From IMG/VR virus record IMGVR_UViG_3300042691_032560: a stretch of 64,000 bases of DNA. One strand, written 5' to 3'. Shown here piece after piece: positions 28,031 through 38,400 of this stretch. A program made the translations under genes and the position numbers. The DNA is from an uncultured virus (IMG/VR IMGVR_UViG_3300042691_032560) (lineage: Duplodnaviria; Heunggongvirae; Uroviricota; Caudoviricetes). Numbering within the stretch: position 1 is the stretch's first letter; each line of letters starts with the position of its first letter. The notes under the pieces were generated by a model. It saw nothing but the letters and a program-made list of their open reading frames with translations. It was not told the origin of the DNA and did no database searches.

Positions 28031-31000
28031 TTAGAAATTTCCACTAATATATTGTACAGTTTGACTTCTACTATTATCAAGCGTTACTCCATCGGACAAT
28101 ACAGGGTTCAAAGTTACTCTAAATTTCACAGATTCTACTGGAGTGTCTGAACAATCCGAATCTAATTGAATGTCCTCTAAAGATATTGATAAACTTTGTT
28201 TGTCACTAGAAATCAAGTTTGATATATTATATTGATAATCAGTTTGTGAACATTCAGATGGTGAAGTCACTTTATACTCCGCAACTATCATAACCCATTT
28301 TTCATTATTTGTGTTATTAACTGTCACAACAAATTTGGGGTCACCTACTGAGGTTCTTGTTATACTTAATAACTGTGTTGGTTCTGTCGAAGTTGCAGAT
28401 TGTCTATTAACTTGGTCGTATGCAAAAATCGCAGATTGAACTTGACTTTCAATATTTCCTAAATCAACAATATCCATGTCTTCATATATGGTTTCAGGTT
28501 TAATATTTTGTTTAGAATTTAAAATAATAAATTTAGTTATTTCTTTATAATTGTCCTCACTAATTGTCGCAACTCTACTTCTCCACCTATTAGATAAAAA
28601 TGTAACAAACTTATCAGTATTTTGGAAAGATGCATATGGTACATTGTCGGTAGAACAAAAATATTCTTTTAAGAAGTTTGACTCTCCTGATTGTCCCCAT
28701 GAACTTGTTAAGTCAATCCCCCCAAAATTGAAATTGTTTGACGAAAAACCCGCTGCCGAACCATTTGAATTTAACCAAATAAATGCATAAATTGTATGGG
28801 CTAACTTAATGTTTGCACCTCCATTTAAATTTAAAACAGAATTAACAATTTCATACATTTGAGTTAAGTTAAATTCTTTTTTAACAATTTCAGCTTTAGT
28901 GTAAGATGCGTAGTCTGAATTAGATACACATTCTTGATTAGCAGATTTTGTACTTGCGGGACTATTATTCAATTCATAATTCAATAATCTTAATTGGTCA
29001 ATTGAATTAGTTGTTGTATTCGAGGTTGGTCCGGTGGTTAGAGTCGGAGAAGTCACACTATTTGATGTTCCTGCGGCTGCGTTTGTATTTGTTACATTTT
29101 GTGTTGATTGCGCAACTTGAGGTGTATTTGAACTTGATTCAACTTTTAACTTATCCTTTATTATTTTTAAAAGATTTGTTCTTATCGTTTGGACAAATTG
29201 GTCAACTTTCGGTAAAGACGCGGTTGGTTGTCTAATACCGGTAATTGTGGTGTGAAACATACCAGGGACTATGTTATGTGTTACATCCAAAATCATATAT
29301 GGTCCGCTGAACATAGGTACATACCTCAAATTAAAATACATACTTGGTTGTATCATTGCGTTACCCATCATCATTATCTTACATTTATAACTTCTGTTTT
29401 TATAAATGTTATATAAAGATAAATTCTGCGTTGCACCTCCTCTATTACCTGATTGGTTTGCCATTTGATTAATCACCTCTAATGACTCAGCAGTAGAGGT
29501 TCCTGCCTCTTGAGATACGTCAAAACTTTGGAATATTTGTTGATTTTGTGTCCCAATATCAACATTAAATCCTACAACTTTATTCGATTTGTCCCAATCT
29601 GTTTTACCAACTTGATTTTCTACTAATGGATTAGAAGTTTTTCTCAAATCAAAAGCGTCATCTTTGAACCTGTAATCAACATTTTTATTTATTGCTAAAT
29701 GTTCTGATGGTTTTGAGATGAAAAAACAAACCATTTTAGATGATGAATCTCTATAGTCAACATTCAAAAAAGTACCAAACAAAGTATTAGCGAATTCTAA
29801 AGTACCTTCGGGTCTAGGTTTTGGATTTTTAACCGCATCTTGTACATTATAGAAATTAACATACGATGGTATATTCATCACCATGAAGTTATTTCTTAAT
29901 AAGACAGACTGAGCAAAACTTAATACTGACATTTTGGGACTAGCATCCATTATAAAATTTTTCAAATGAAAAATGTCGGCAATAACCGTGTCACCAATAT
30001 TCCTACTAGCTCTATCTAATAATAGTAAATCTTCAAAAATTGTTTTATTTTTAAAATCACCACCAGAAATCCATTTATCGTTAGTTGCTTTAAATGACTC
30101 CCATAGTTCTAATTTTGTCTGAGAACCATCTAAATCTTTTCTAACACCTTTACTGTTTTCAACAGTTATTAAAGGTAATTTAGACCTTAATGTTATCATT
30201 AAATTATCTACAATTGTTCCTTGGAATCTGTCAACAGCACTTAGGTAGTTATCCATATTGTTAATGAATGTGACTTTACCCCAATTGTTGGTTGAACTCG
30301 GTACTAATGGGAACTGTGGTTCGGGAGGAGTTGTTACTGCGGCAATATATTGTGGGTCTAAAGGTGATTGTGAATAAAAACCGTAAATTTCAGTTATTGC
30401 AATTTTTGCTAAATTCAAATTGGTTTCTCCAGATATACCTACTTGTTCTCCAACAAACTTTATTTCCTGTGAAAAATTCCTAAATAATGAAAATTTATTT
30501 TCGTTTTGTTTATAGATAGTTACAGTTGACCCATCATTTAAAGTAAAAATTTCTATTATTAATCCCACAAATTGTTGTGTAGGTAAAACAGGCGGTATTG
30601 GTAATGGGGAAACCGAAGTTTGTGGTTGAGTTTGTGTTAATTTTTGTGTTGCATAAATTTTAATTATCGGTGCAAAATTTTTGATATTCTGTACATTAAA
30701 TCCAACATTTAAATCTATGAAGAAATCGGTTATAAATGAACCACTATCTTTATAAGTGAGTTCAGGTATATCTGAAAATCCAACATATATTCTAAGAGTT
30801 TTCCATTCTTCAGGGAAATTTGTTTGTGATGTTGTTAATGTAACAGACCCCCCTTGAACTGGTAATGCGTCTGGTGTTGCCTCAGTATATTTTTCCCATG
30901 TGTATGGGTCTTCAATAAATTTATTGGAAAAACTGTAGAATAGTTTTTTATCGAATGACGATGGATTTCCATATTTGAATACGTAGTCAAAATTTAAAAA

Positions 31001-34000
31001 TTCTTTAATGTATGAATTAATTGTTTGACATTGAATTTCTTGAGTTCTTGAAACCGCTTCGGTACCTGTTGCTCCTGTGGTACTTTGTTTAGGCACTTTC
31101 ATCATTTCTCTCATTAAAAATTGGAAATTTTTGAAAGATTTTTCAGTTTTGGTTAAAGTTTCAGATAAATTTTTTAAATCGTAATCATATACTGATTTGG
31201 AAAAATTTAAAAACTCTTCTTCAAACTTATTTAAAATTTCTGTATCAAATGCCGAAAATATTTCACTGATTTTTGAGTATCCTACAATAGGGTTGTGTAA
31301 ACCAAAATTTTCTTGTGACGATACATCGCTTTCGGTAAAAATTATTTTTATATATTCATCATATTCTGGTTTTTTTATTTTTGATAAATCAAAATATCCA
31401 TAGTGAGGTGCCGCCCAAAAATTTCTAATTGAGCCATCGTACATTGCCTGATTACCCTTAACTTCCAATTTTAATTTGTCAATGTTACCTTCCTTAATAA
31501 AACATTCATTAAATGTTTGGTTAAGTAATGAACCTTGGGATGGTATCGGATATGTAAAAGTTTTTATTATATTATCCACATTAACAGACCATGGTATTAC
31601 TCGTAAATCTCTCATAGGGTTGGCATCGTCAAACCCTTCAGGTTCGTCAATAATGGCTTCTGACACATAATTTAAAGTCACTCCACTATCGAAACCGTTC
31701 TGAATATCAGTATCGGTAAAAGTACTATAAATCATATATCCCTGATAAAACACATTGAAATCATTTATTAGTTTTGGATAAAAACCTGTGTTTATCAGAG
31801 TGGATGTTTCGGTACCAATGATTGTATCTTTTTCTAAAACTATGTCGATATTTGCCCCATTAATTATTAAACCATAATTTCTAGTTGGTACATTAGTAAT
31901 AGGGTCAAAATTCTCAACTTGTTTAAAGTTTTGCCAACAATCATCTAATATGTCAATATTGTCTTCAACATATTTTTTGTATCTGTGGTAAATTGAACCA
32001 ATTTTCAAAATCCACGCATAAGGTACTTTGTGTATCGCTCCGAATTTTTTCAAACTAGCCAAGATATAATCTAAATCTTCAACAGTAATATTTGAATCGG
32101 AAGTTTTATAAGTTTTATACTTTTCTCTTAGAGTTGATAGTGGTAAACTATTTAAGAACAAATACGCAGGTACGGTGTAAGGATAGTCATCATAATTTCT
32201 AAATTTTTCTACCGCCTGTTGTATTGAGTTCACATAAAACGGTGTATTCAACATGGAAGTTGTTTGATAAAATCCTACTTGTCCTGAATAATTGTAATAA
32301 ATTAAATCTCCTTCAGTTACTAATTGTTCAGAACGTACTCTTTCGTTATAAAAATCAACTAGATTTGTTGTAGTATCAGCGGTTGGTACTACAGTATTTT
32401 CGTATATAAAATTAGTTATTGGTCTTTTTTCTAATGTAGATAAATTATAAGGAAAATTAGTAATAGTCTTATTTGACTTATTATAAGTCAAAATTTTTGT
32501 AGTGTTAAACGCCGATTTATTATCCGAAATTGATTGACCATTAGCTAATTTATCTTTACACCAACTTAAATTAGTTAAAGGATAAATGTCTGAATAATCA
32601 TAACTATTAGAAGAGCTACTACCTGTTATATAATTTAAAAAATCATCCTCTCTATCCAAAGAAAGTAGTGGATTTGATTTAGTTTCTAAAATTTTGTCTA
32701 AATTTAAAAATTCAAATTGTGAATTTTGTACCGTATTTCTTATGTAACTTGTATTGAATATACCTCTAATAAAATTTTGCCAGCTTTGTCCTGTACCTCC
32801 ATTTGATATATGTCTGAGTGTGGTTTCAAAATTAGCAGAATTAATTCCATACTGTTTAAATTTTTCAATTAAAAATGGGTTGTCAGTACCTAAAGCATAA
32901 AGCAAATTAGTTTTTTCAGCGTCTGCGATGATACTACTAACCAAATCTTTTTCTTGAATTGATGATTCTGCTCTTGATAACCTTGAATAATAAATTGTAT
33001 AAAATAGTCTTTCGTATATTTCAAAGAAAAATTTAACTTCTTCTTTATTGCCATAAACAATATTCTCAACAGGAAATTCTATAGCATTAAAACTAAGTCT
33101 ATTAATATCGGTTTGTTCATTAGATACTGGTTCTGGATTATCTATTTCAGGATTTCTATTTACAAACGCATTAATAAATTCTTCAACAAATTCAACTTCA
33201 GGCCATTTTTCATAAGAAGTAGCGTTAGTTAAATTAGAATACTTAGGGTCACCAGGGTACGCAACAATGTATTTTTCTTGCCCATTTTCTCCGGCGGTTT
33301 CTACAATATATTGTGGCCATGGATATATCGGTAGGTTAGTATTATCACCACTTGATAAATTATCAGGATTTGCGTTCGAAACTGATGGGTCTAAAATAGC
33401 CTTCTTTCTGTCTGTGTCGTCTCTAACTTCCCACGCCTTTGCATGGACATCGTCCATTATTCTTAGAAACGCCTCTCCATTTGCAAAAATAACAGATAGA
33501 ACATTTCTAATCGTAGGCACAAATCCAATTCCGTTATCTTTTGATTGAATTTTTTCTGTTAAAGCTTTAGTAAGAGCGTCTTGAATTTTTTCTCGATATG
33601 ATTTAACATCTTTGAACATTCTATTAATTTCACCTAAAAATGTTCTAAACAATGGTACAGGTGACTGTTCTTCATTTAAATCACCAAATTTGTAATACGT
33701 ATATTCAGGAACAATGCCCCCATCTTTCATTATAATTTTTCCCGAATTAAATGTCATATTTGTGTTTAGTTCGGCTTGTAATTTACTAATTTCATCGTTA
33801 GTAAATTTTTTCTTACTCGACCTTTGATTTAATGTTTTTTGTAAATTGACATCTTCGGGTTTATCAATTATTTCTAAAAATATGTCGAAGGTTATATTAT
33901 TTGGGATAGCACATTTTTCTAAGTTTCCATTTATTTCATATGACCCGTTAGTACCTACTGTTTCATTTTTATTCAAAATTTCATTATACTCAGTAATGTA

Positions 34001-35167
34001 TTTTTTTAACTCCGCTAAGGCCACCTCTCGTTTCGATTGTTCATCGAACTCTTTTTTGAACGAATAAAGTTTTTCCCCACTTAAATTACTAACATAGAAA
34101 TTTTCGTTATCCATATACTTATCTTTCCACGATTTTTGATAAGTTGCGATATTTCCCTGATATTCTCTTAACTTTTTTTCATATTCTTGTACGTTGTTTA
34201 ATGGGTCAAGGTTTTGTTGTATATAAGATTCTAAAGTGTTTTTGATAAAATTCTCCAATCTATAATACATTTGGAGAATTGTTATCTCAGGAAAATCATC
34301 GGGTATTAGTCCTTTGGTTTTATATTCACTATACATCTCGTGCATTTTCTGTTTACCTAACGAAACCGATACACTAGTTATATTTGCAAATTGTGACGGT
34401 CCTCCTTCAACACCTTTTATATCAATATTTTTTTGATACATTTGTGGTGTTGCAATTGCTGCCGCCATAGTTACCTCATTTAACACATTATATTTATAGG
34501 TAATCATACTAAGAGTAATATGGAAATTACCCGAAGATGTATTGTACCTACTATTAAAACTTTGTAACATTAATGGTAATCTTACCGCCTTTCCATAATA
34601 TCCCTTTATAGTCAAATAAAATATTGGGTATGGCATATTAAAAAATGCAGCATATGGTGAATTATTACCCGATTCAAATAACGCTCTACCTTTAACGTCT
34701 TCTAACTCAATTGTTATCACAGGAGTAAAAGAGGTGTTTTGTTGTATAGAAATTGATGTTATACCTAACAACCCACTATCTACCGTACCATTATTTCCTC
34801 CCGATAAATTGGTTTGTTTTGCATAATACTCTTCATCCTTTGAATTAATCTTGTTTTCCGACTTTAGATTCTCCTGACCTGTTAAATTATCTGTATAATC
34901 ATTTTCAAGTATTCGTTTACCACCCGGTTTTAAGAAATTAATAGAGGCAATTGATGTATTTCGGATGATATCGTCATTATTAGACCCAACAGCTAATTTT
35001 GTTCTTGGAATTGGTTTACATTCCAAATTAGCATACATGACTAAGTCTTCCTGACTTACGTATCTTTCTTTAGCGTTACCATTTTCATCAATAACTTTGT
35101 TTGGGTCTATTATGGTAATGTTGTTGTAATCAAATTCTACTAATATGTTCTCTGAATTATCTGCCAT
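28031..35167 (-). CDS. Giant baseplate hub-like protein (gp27/GPD-like elements), 2378 aa
   Basis: N-terminal LLGITSISI...VITIELEDVKG and late GNAMIQPSMYFNL..VPMFSGPYMILDVTHNI...FHTTITGIR resemble hub/late-control-D domains. Synteny: tape measure, initiator, LysM, hub. Confidence 0.6.
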   Translation of the reverse strand: MADNSENILVEFDYNNITIIDPNKVIDENGNAKERYVSQEDLVMYANLECKPIPRTKLAVGSNNDDIIRNTSIASINFLKPGGKRILENDYTDNLTGQENLKSENKINSKDEEYYAKQTNLSGGNNGTVDSGLLGITSISIQQNTSFTPVITIELEDVKGRALFESGNNSPYAAFFNMPYPIFYLTIKGYYGKAVRLPLMLQSFNSRYNTSSGNFHITLSMITYKYNVLNEVTMAAAIATPQMYQKNIDIKGVEGGPSQFANITSVSVSLGKQKMHEMYSEYKTKGLIPDDFPEITILQMYYRLENFIKNTLESYIQQNLDPLNNVQEYEKKLREYQGNIATYQKSWKDKYMDNENFYVSNLSGEKLYSFKKEFDEQSKREVALAELKKYITEYNEILNKNETVGTNGSYEINGNLEKCAIPNNITFDIFLEIIDKPEDVNLQKTLNQRSSKKKFTNDEISKLQAELNTNMTFNSGKIIMKDGGIVPEYTYYKFGDLNEEQSPVPLFRTFLGEINRMFKDVKSYREKIQDALTKALTEKIQSKDNGIGFVPTIRNVLSVIFANGEAFLRIMDDVHAKAWEVRDDTDRKKAILDPSVSNANPDNLSSGDNTNLPIYPWPQYIVETAGENGQEKYIVAYPGDPKYSNLTNATSYEKWPEVEFVEEFINAFVNRNPEIDNPEPVSNEQTDINRLSFNAIEFPVENIVYGNKEEVKFFFEIYERLFYTIYYSRLSRAESSIQEKDLVSSIIADAEKTNLLYALGTDNPFLIEKFKQYGINSANFETTLRHISNGGTGQSWQNFIRGIFNTSYIRNTVQNSQFEFLNLDKILETKSNPLLSLDREDDFLNYITGSSSSNSYDYSDIYPLTNLSWCKDKLANGQSISDNKSAFNTTKILTYNKSNKTITNFPYNLSTLEKRPITNFIYENTVVPTADTTTNLVDFYNERVRSEQLVTEGDLIYYNYSGQVGFYQTTSMLNTPFYVNSIQQAVEKFRNYDDYPYTVPAYLFLNSLPLSTLREKYKTYKTSDSNITVEDLDYILASLKKFGAIHKVPYAWILKIGSIYHRYKKYVEDNIDILDDCWQNFKQVENFDPITNVPTRNYGLIINGANIDIVLEKDTIIGTETSTLINTGFYPKLINDFNVFYQGYMIYSTFTDTDIQNGFDSGVTLNYVSEAIIDEPEGFDDANPMRDLRVIPWSVNVDNIIKTFTYPIPSQGSLLNQTFNECFIKEGNIDKLKLEVKGNQAMYDGSIRNFWAAPHYGYFDLSKIKKPEYDEYIKIIFTESDVSSQENFGLHNPIVGYSKISEIFSAFDTEILNKFEEEFLNFSKSVYDYDLKNLSETLTKTEKSFKNFQFLMREMMKVPKQSTTGATGTEAVSRTQEIQCQTINSYIKEFLNFDYVFKYGNPSSFDKKLFYSFSNKFIEDPYTWEKYTEATPDALPVQGGSVTLTTSQTNFPEEWKTLRIYVGFSDIPELTYKDSGSFITDFFIDLNVGFNVQNIKNFAPIIKIYATQKLTQTQPQTSVSPLPIPPVLPTQQFVGLIIEIFTLNDGSTVTIYKQNENKFSLFRNFSQEIKFVGEQVGISGETNLNLAKIAITEIYGFYSQSPLDPQYIAAVTTPPEPQFPLVPSSTNNWGKVTFINNMDNYLSAVDRFQGTIVDNLMITLRSKLPLITVENSKGVRKDLDGSQTKLELWESFKATNDKWISGGDFKNKTIFEDLLLLDRASRNIGDTVIADIFHLKNFIMDASPKMSVLSFAQSVLLRNNFMVMNIPSYVNFYNVQDAVKNPKPRPEGTLEFANTLFGTFLNVDYRDSSSKMVCFFISKPSEHLAINKNVDYRFKDDAFDLRKTSNPLVENQVGKTDWDKSNKVVGFNVDIGTQNQQIFQSFDVSQEAGTSTAESLEVINQMANQSGNRGGATQNLSLYNIYKNRSYKCKIMMMGNAMIQPSMYFNLRYVPMFSGPYMILDVTHNIVPGMFHTTITGIRQPTASLPKVDQFVQTIRTNLLKIIKDKLKVESSSNTPQVAQSTQNVTNTNAAAGTSNSVTSPTLTTGPTSNTTTNSIDQLRLLNYELNNSPASTKSANQECVSNSDYASYTKAEIVKKEFNLTQMYEIVNSVLNLNGGANIKLAHTIYAFIWLNSNGSAAGFSSNNFNFGGIDLTSSWGQSGESNFLKEYFCSTDNVPYASFQNTDKFVTFLSNRWRSRVATISEDNYKEITKFIILNSKQNIKPETIYEDMDIVDLGNIESQVQSAIFAYDQVNRQSATSTEPTQLLSITRTSVGDPKFVVTVNNTNNEKWVMIVAEYKVTSPSECSQTDYQYNISNLISSDKQSLSISLEDIQLDSDCSDTPVESVKFRVTLNPVLSDGVTLDNSRSQTVQYISGNF

Positions 35168-35483
35168 AATAAAAGAAATGATTGTCTAACTGATTTTTAT
35201 AGTCCTGTAATGAAGTTATCAGCGGAAATGGAATAGTCAATACACTGCCGTCAACTATATTCCATTCTTGTCCTCCAAATTTTGGGTTACCCATTAAAAT
35301 TAACCACCCAAAAAAAGGAGTCCCATAATATTGTTGTGATACCTTATCTAATCTAGATTGACCAACTTTATAAATGTACCTTTTGTCAGTACTTTTAGAA
35401 GGCAAATCAACATATGTCACTACCGATGGTGAACCATCAACAAGAAACTCACTATATCTATTATAATATTGTTTTTTTGCCAT
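35157..35483 (-). CDS. LysM-like baseplate protein (P2 gpX / T4 gp53-like)
   Basis: YKVGQSRLDKVSQQYYGTPFFGWLILMGNP...GSVLTIP. Confidence 0.8.
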   Translation of the reverse strand: MAKKQYYNRYSEFLVDGSPSVVTYVDLPSKSTDKRYIYKVGQSRLDKVSQQYYGTPFFGWLILMGNPKFGGQEWNIVDGSVLTIPFPLITSLQDYKNQLDNHFFYYGR

Positions 35484-35486
35484 AAC

Positions 35487-38400
35487 TTATGAATTGAATT
35501 TTGCTTTTCCTATATATGTACTATCCTCACCGGTATTTCCTCCACTATATAACTGTGAAATAGCAGTTTTTTGAGTTTCCGCATCAGTTCCAGGTACTGT
35601 GGTATAAGTAAATTTACGAGTTTTTCCTTTAGGGTATAGTTTTTCGTCCAAACCTTCAGAAAAATCTTTAAATTCACTACTTTTCTTAAAGTCTTTATAT
35701 AACTTTTCTTCGGCGGAAATTTCTTTACTGTATTCTTTAGCTAAATCATCAACAATATCCTCGAATTTCTTTTTTAATTTTTGTGGGTCTTTTACATTTT
35801 CTAAATCACCTTTTATTACCGCATTTACAAATTCTTGACGTTTTGTTCTATTATCAAAAATTCTACCGACAACTAAAAAGAATGTTTTTTCCGGTGTTGG
35901 TGACTCTGCATTACCTATAAAATCTTGATATATCGGGATAAAATCTGCAGTAAAATCACCTATTGGTTCAAATATCTTTTTATCTTGTAAAAATTCATAA
36001 TACTCTTCTAGCGTTAATTGTAATCTCGCAATATCATTCCACAATTCATCATCTGTTGTTGTTATAGTATCGTCATCAATGGTTGTTGATTCACTCACCT
36101 TATCAGTTCCCGAAAGAGTGTAGGGTCTTGGAACTCCCTTATCAATAATTTTACCATCAGTTAAATCTGCAACCAAATTTATTTTTCTTAAATTTTGCAC
36201 ATAATCTTGTTCCAACAAAACTAATTCCTGTATAGTAGTGAATATTCCGTTTGAGAATTCAGAAGAAAGAGAATTAATATAATCGACCATATTGGTAATG
36301 ACCGCAGATAAATCTTTTGGTTGCCATTCAATAGTGTTTAATTCACTAATAATTGGGTTAGTTTGGTCCTGAATTTCTAATATTACTTTATCAAAAATTT
36401 CTTTTATTTTCGCGTCCATTTTATTTGGGGCTCCGTAAATTGGAGCCGAGCCAACTTCATCCAAATCAACATTAAGTAAACCTTCACTATATAATCTATT
36501 ATTACTTATAATCTGAACAATACCTTGGTTTGTATTCAACATTATTTTTTCTAAAAGATTAGGAACCGCATCAATATATCCTTTTGTTTGGTCAAACAGG
36601 GTATCCATTATTTTTTGATATGCTATTTCACCAGTTTGACCACTTTCAACAGGTATATTAGTTATAATTTCACCAATTGTTGTTCCTCCATCATTAGTTC
36701 GTTGGTTCTCTACATTAGCAACTGTTGCTGGTTGTTCTGACTGTTCAATTGAGTCTATTAATTTCTTATCAATTACTTTCCATGAATCATCAGTCCATGT
36801 TGACCTTTCATCATAAATTTCTGTGTTAGCATAATAATTAAATGACAACGCATTCTGCAATTGGTCAACTGGTTCTTTCAATCCATGTCCTCCAATCATG
36901 GAAAAAGACATTTGAACTTTCACCACCATTGGTTGTAATCCAATACCCTCAGGATTCATATCATAAATTAATGGCTCATATGTAAATGCTATATTATCAG
37001 GCACTATCTTACAATTATAAAAATCTCCAATTCTTAATATTAAAATGGGGGGAGCTCCAAATGAAGTGTTAATTGCATCATTTGTTTTTGGTTTACCATC
37101 CGCTCCTATAGTAGGAACTGTTTCTCCAGGTCTAGTACACTGATTAAGGAAAGTTAATCTAGCATTTAAACCCTCAGGTGTCATTGAGTGGAACGCCGGA
37201 TTAAAATATTTAATTTTTTCTTTAATCGAATCATATACCATTGGTACGTCTTGTTTTAGTACCTCAAAATAATCACATTCACTTAATAAGTTTCTTAATA
37301 TTTTTTTACTAATACCTTCTTTTAGTTTCTTCTCAATAGTTATGGTTGGTTGTGGTTTTGGAAACTGAGGGGTTATACCTTGTCCTGATGTTTCGTCAGA
37401 AGGGGGATTTTCAATTGTAGTTGTTTGACCTGTAACTTTATTAACAAATGTCGTTTCTTCTTTTGGTATATCGGTATAGTTAATACTAGTAATCCTTACC
37501 CTTCTGCAGGCCATAGCACTTACAGAATAAATTAACGAACCTTGATTAGTTTTACCGTTCTTATCTTTAGTTTCTTCGGTACAATTAATTGGGTCTTGAG
37601 ATATATTACCTTCCCCAACCGGAATTGTTGTGTTTTCACCAGACCCTCCGGCAGAATTTATTTTTAAAGAACCGTCTTCTAAATATTTTTTAAACGAAAC
37701 ATCACCTTCAGAATAATTTTGTAAATATTTTATTACAGAATCAATTCTTCTTTCGGATAATTTTTGATTATATTCAGGCGTTGCCTTAGCCGAAGCCGCA
37801 CCTTCTAAAGTTATAACAATAGTTCCCTTTTGTTCTGATAATATCTTATATAAATCTTGTACCATACAAGATGAACCACTATTAATTTTTTCAAAATTAT
37901 TTGTTATAACATTATCAAAGAAATCAAGAACATTACCATTAAAATCATCAGTATTAAATAAATTATTAGCCTGAGCTCCGTAAACTTGTTTATTACTAAC
38001 ATATGAGTTGTAAGCACTCAAATAATCCTCATTCGATGTTGTACCATTATTAGGCCCTGGCACATTATTATCAAAATAAAATGACAAATTAGTATAGGTA
38101 TCGGCAAATGCTTCTAATTCAGGCTCATTAGACACTTTTTTAGTTTCAGGAACATCTCCCCATAAATCCGACACACAAACTTCAGGGTCTTTTGGTATTG
38201 ATTCAACAACATAGTTTACCTCTTCTTCGGTTAATTGTGGATTATTCAAAATTTCTTGGTAGGTATATAAATCCTTGGCCGGTATAGTATTAAATTTTTG
38301 GGCTAACTCATATATATCGTACTTTACACACCCCGCAAAAAAGGAATCAATAATAGAATCAACTCTTTCTCTTGCAGTACCTTTCAATTGTTTTTCAATA

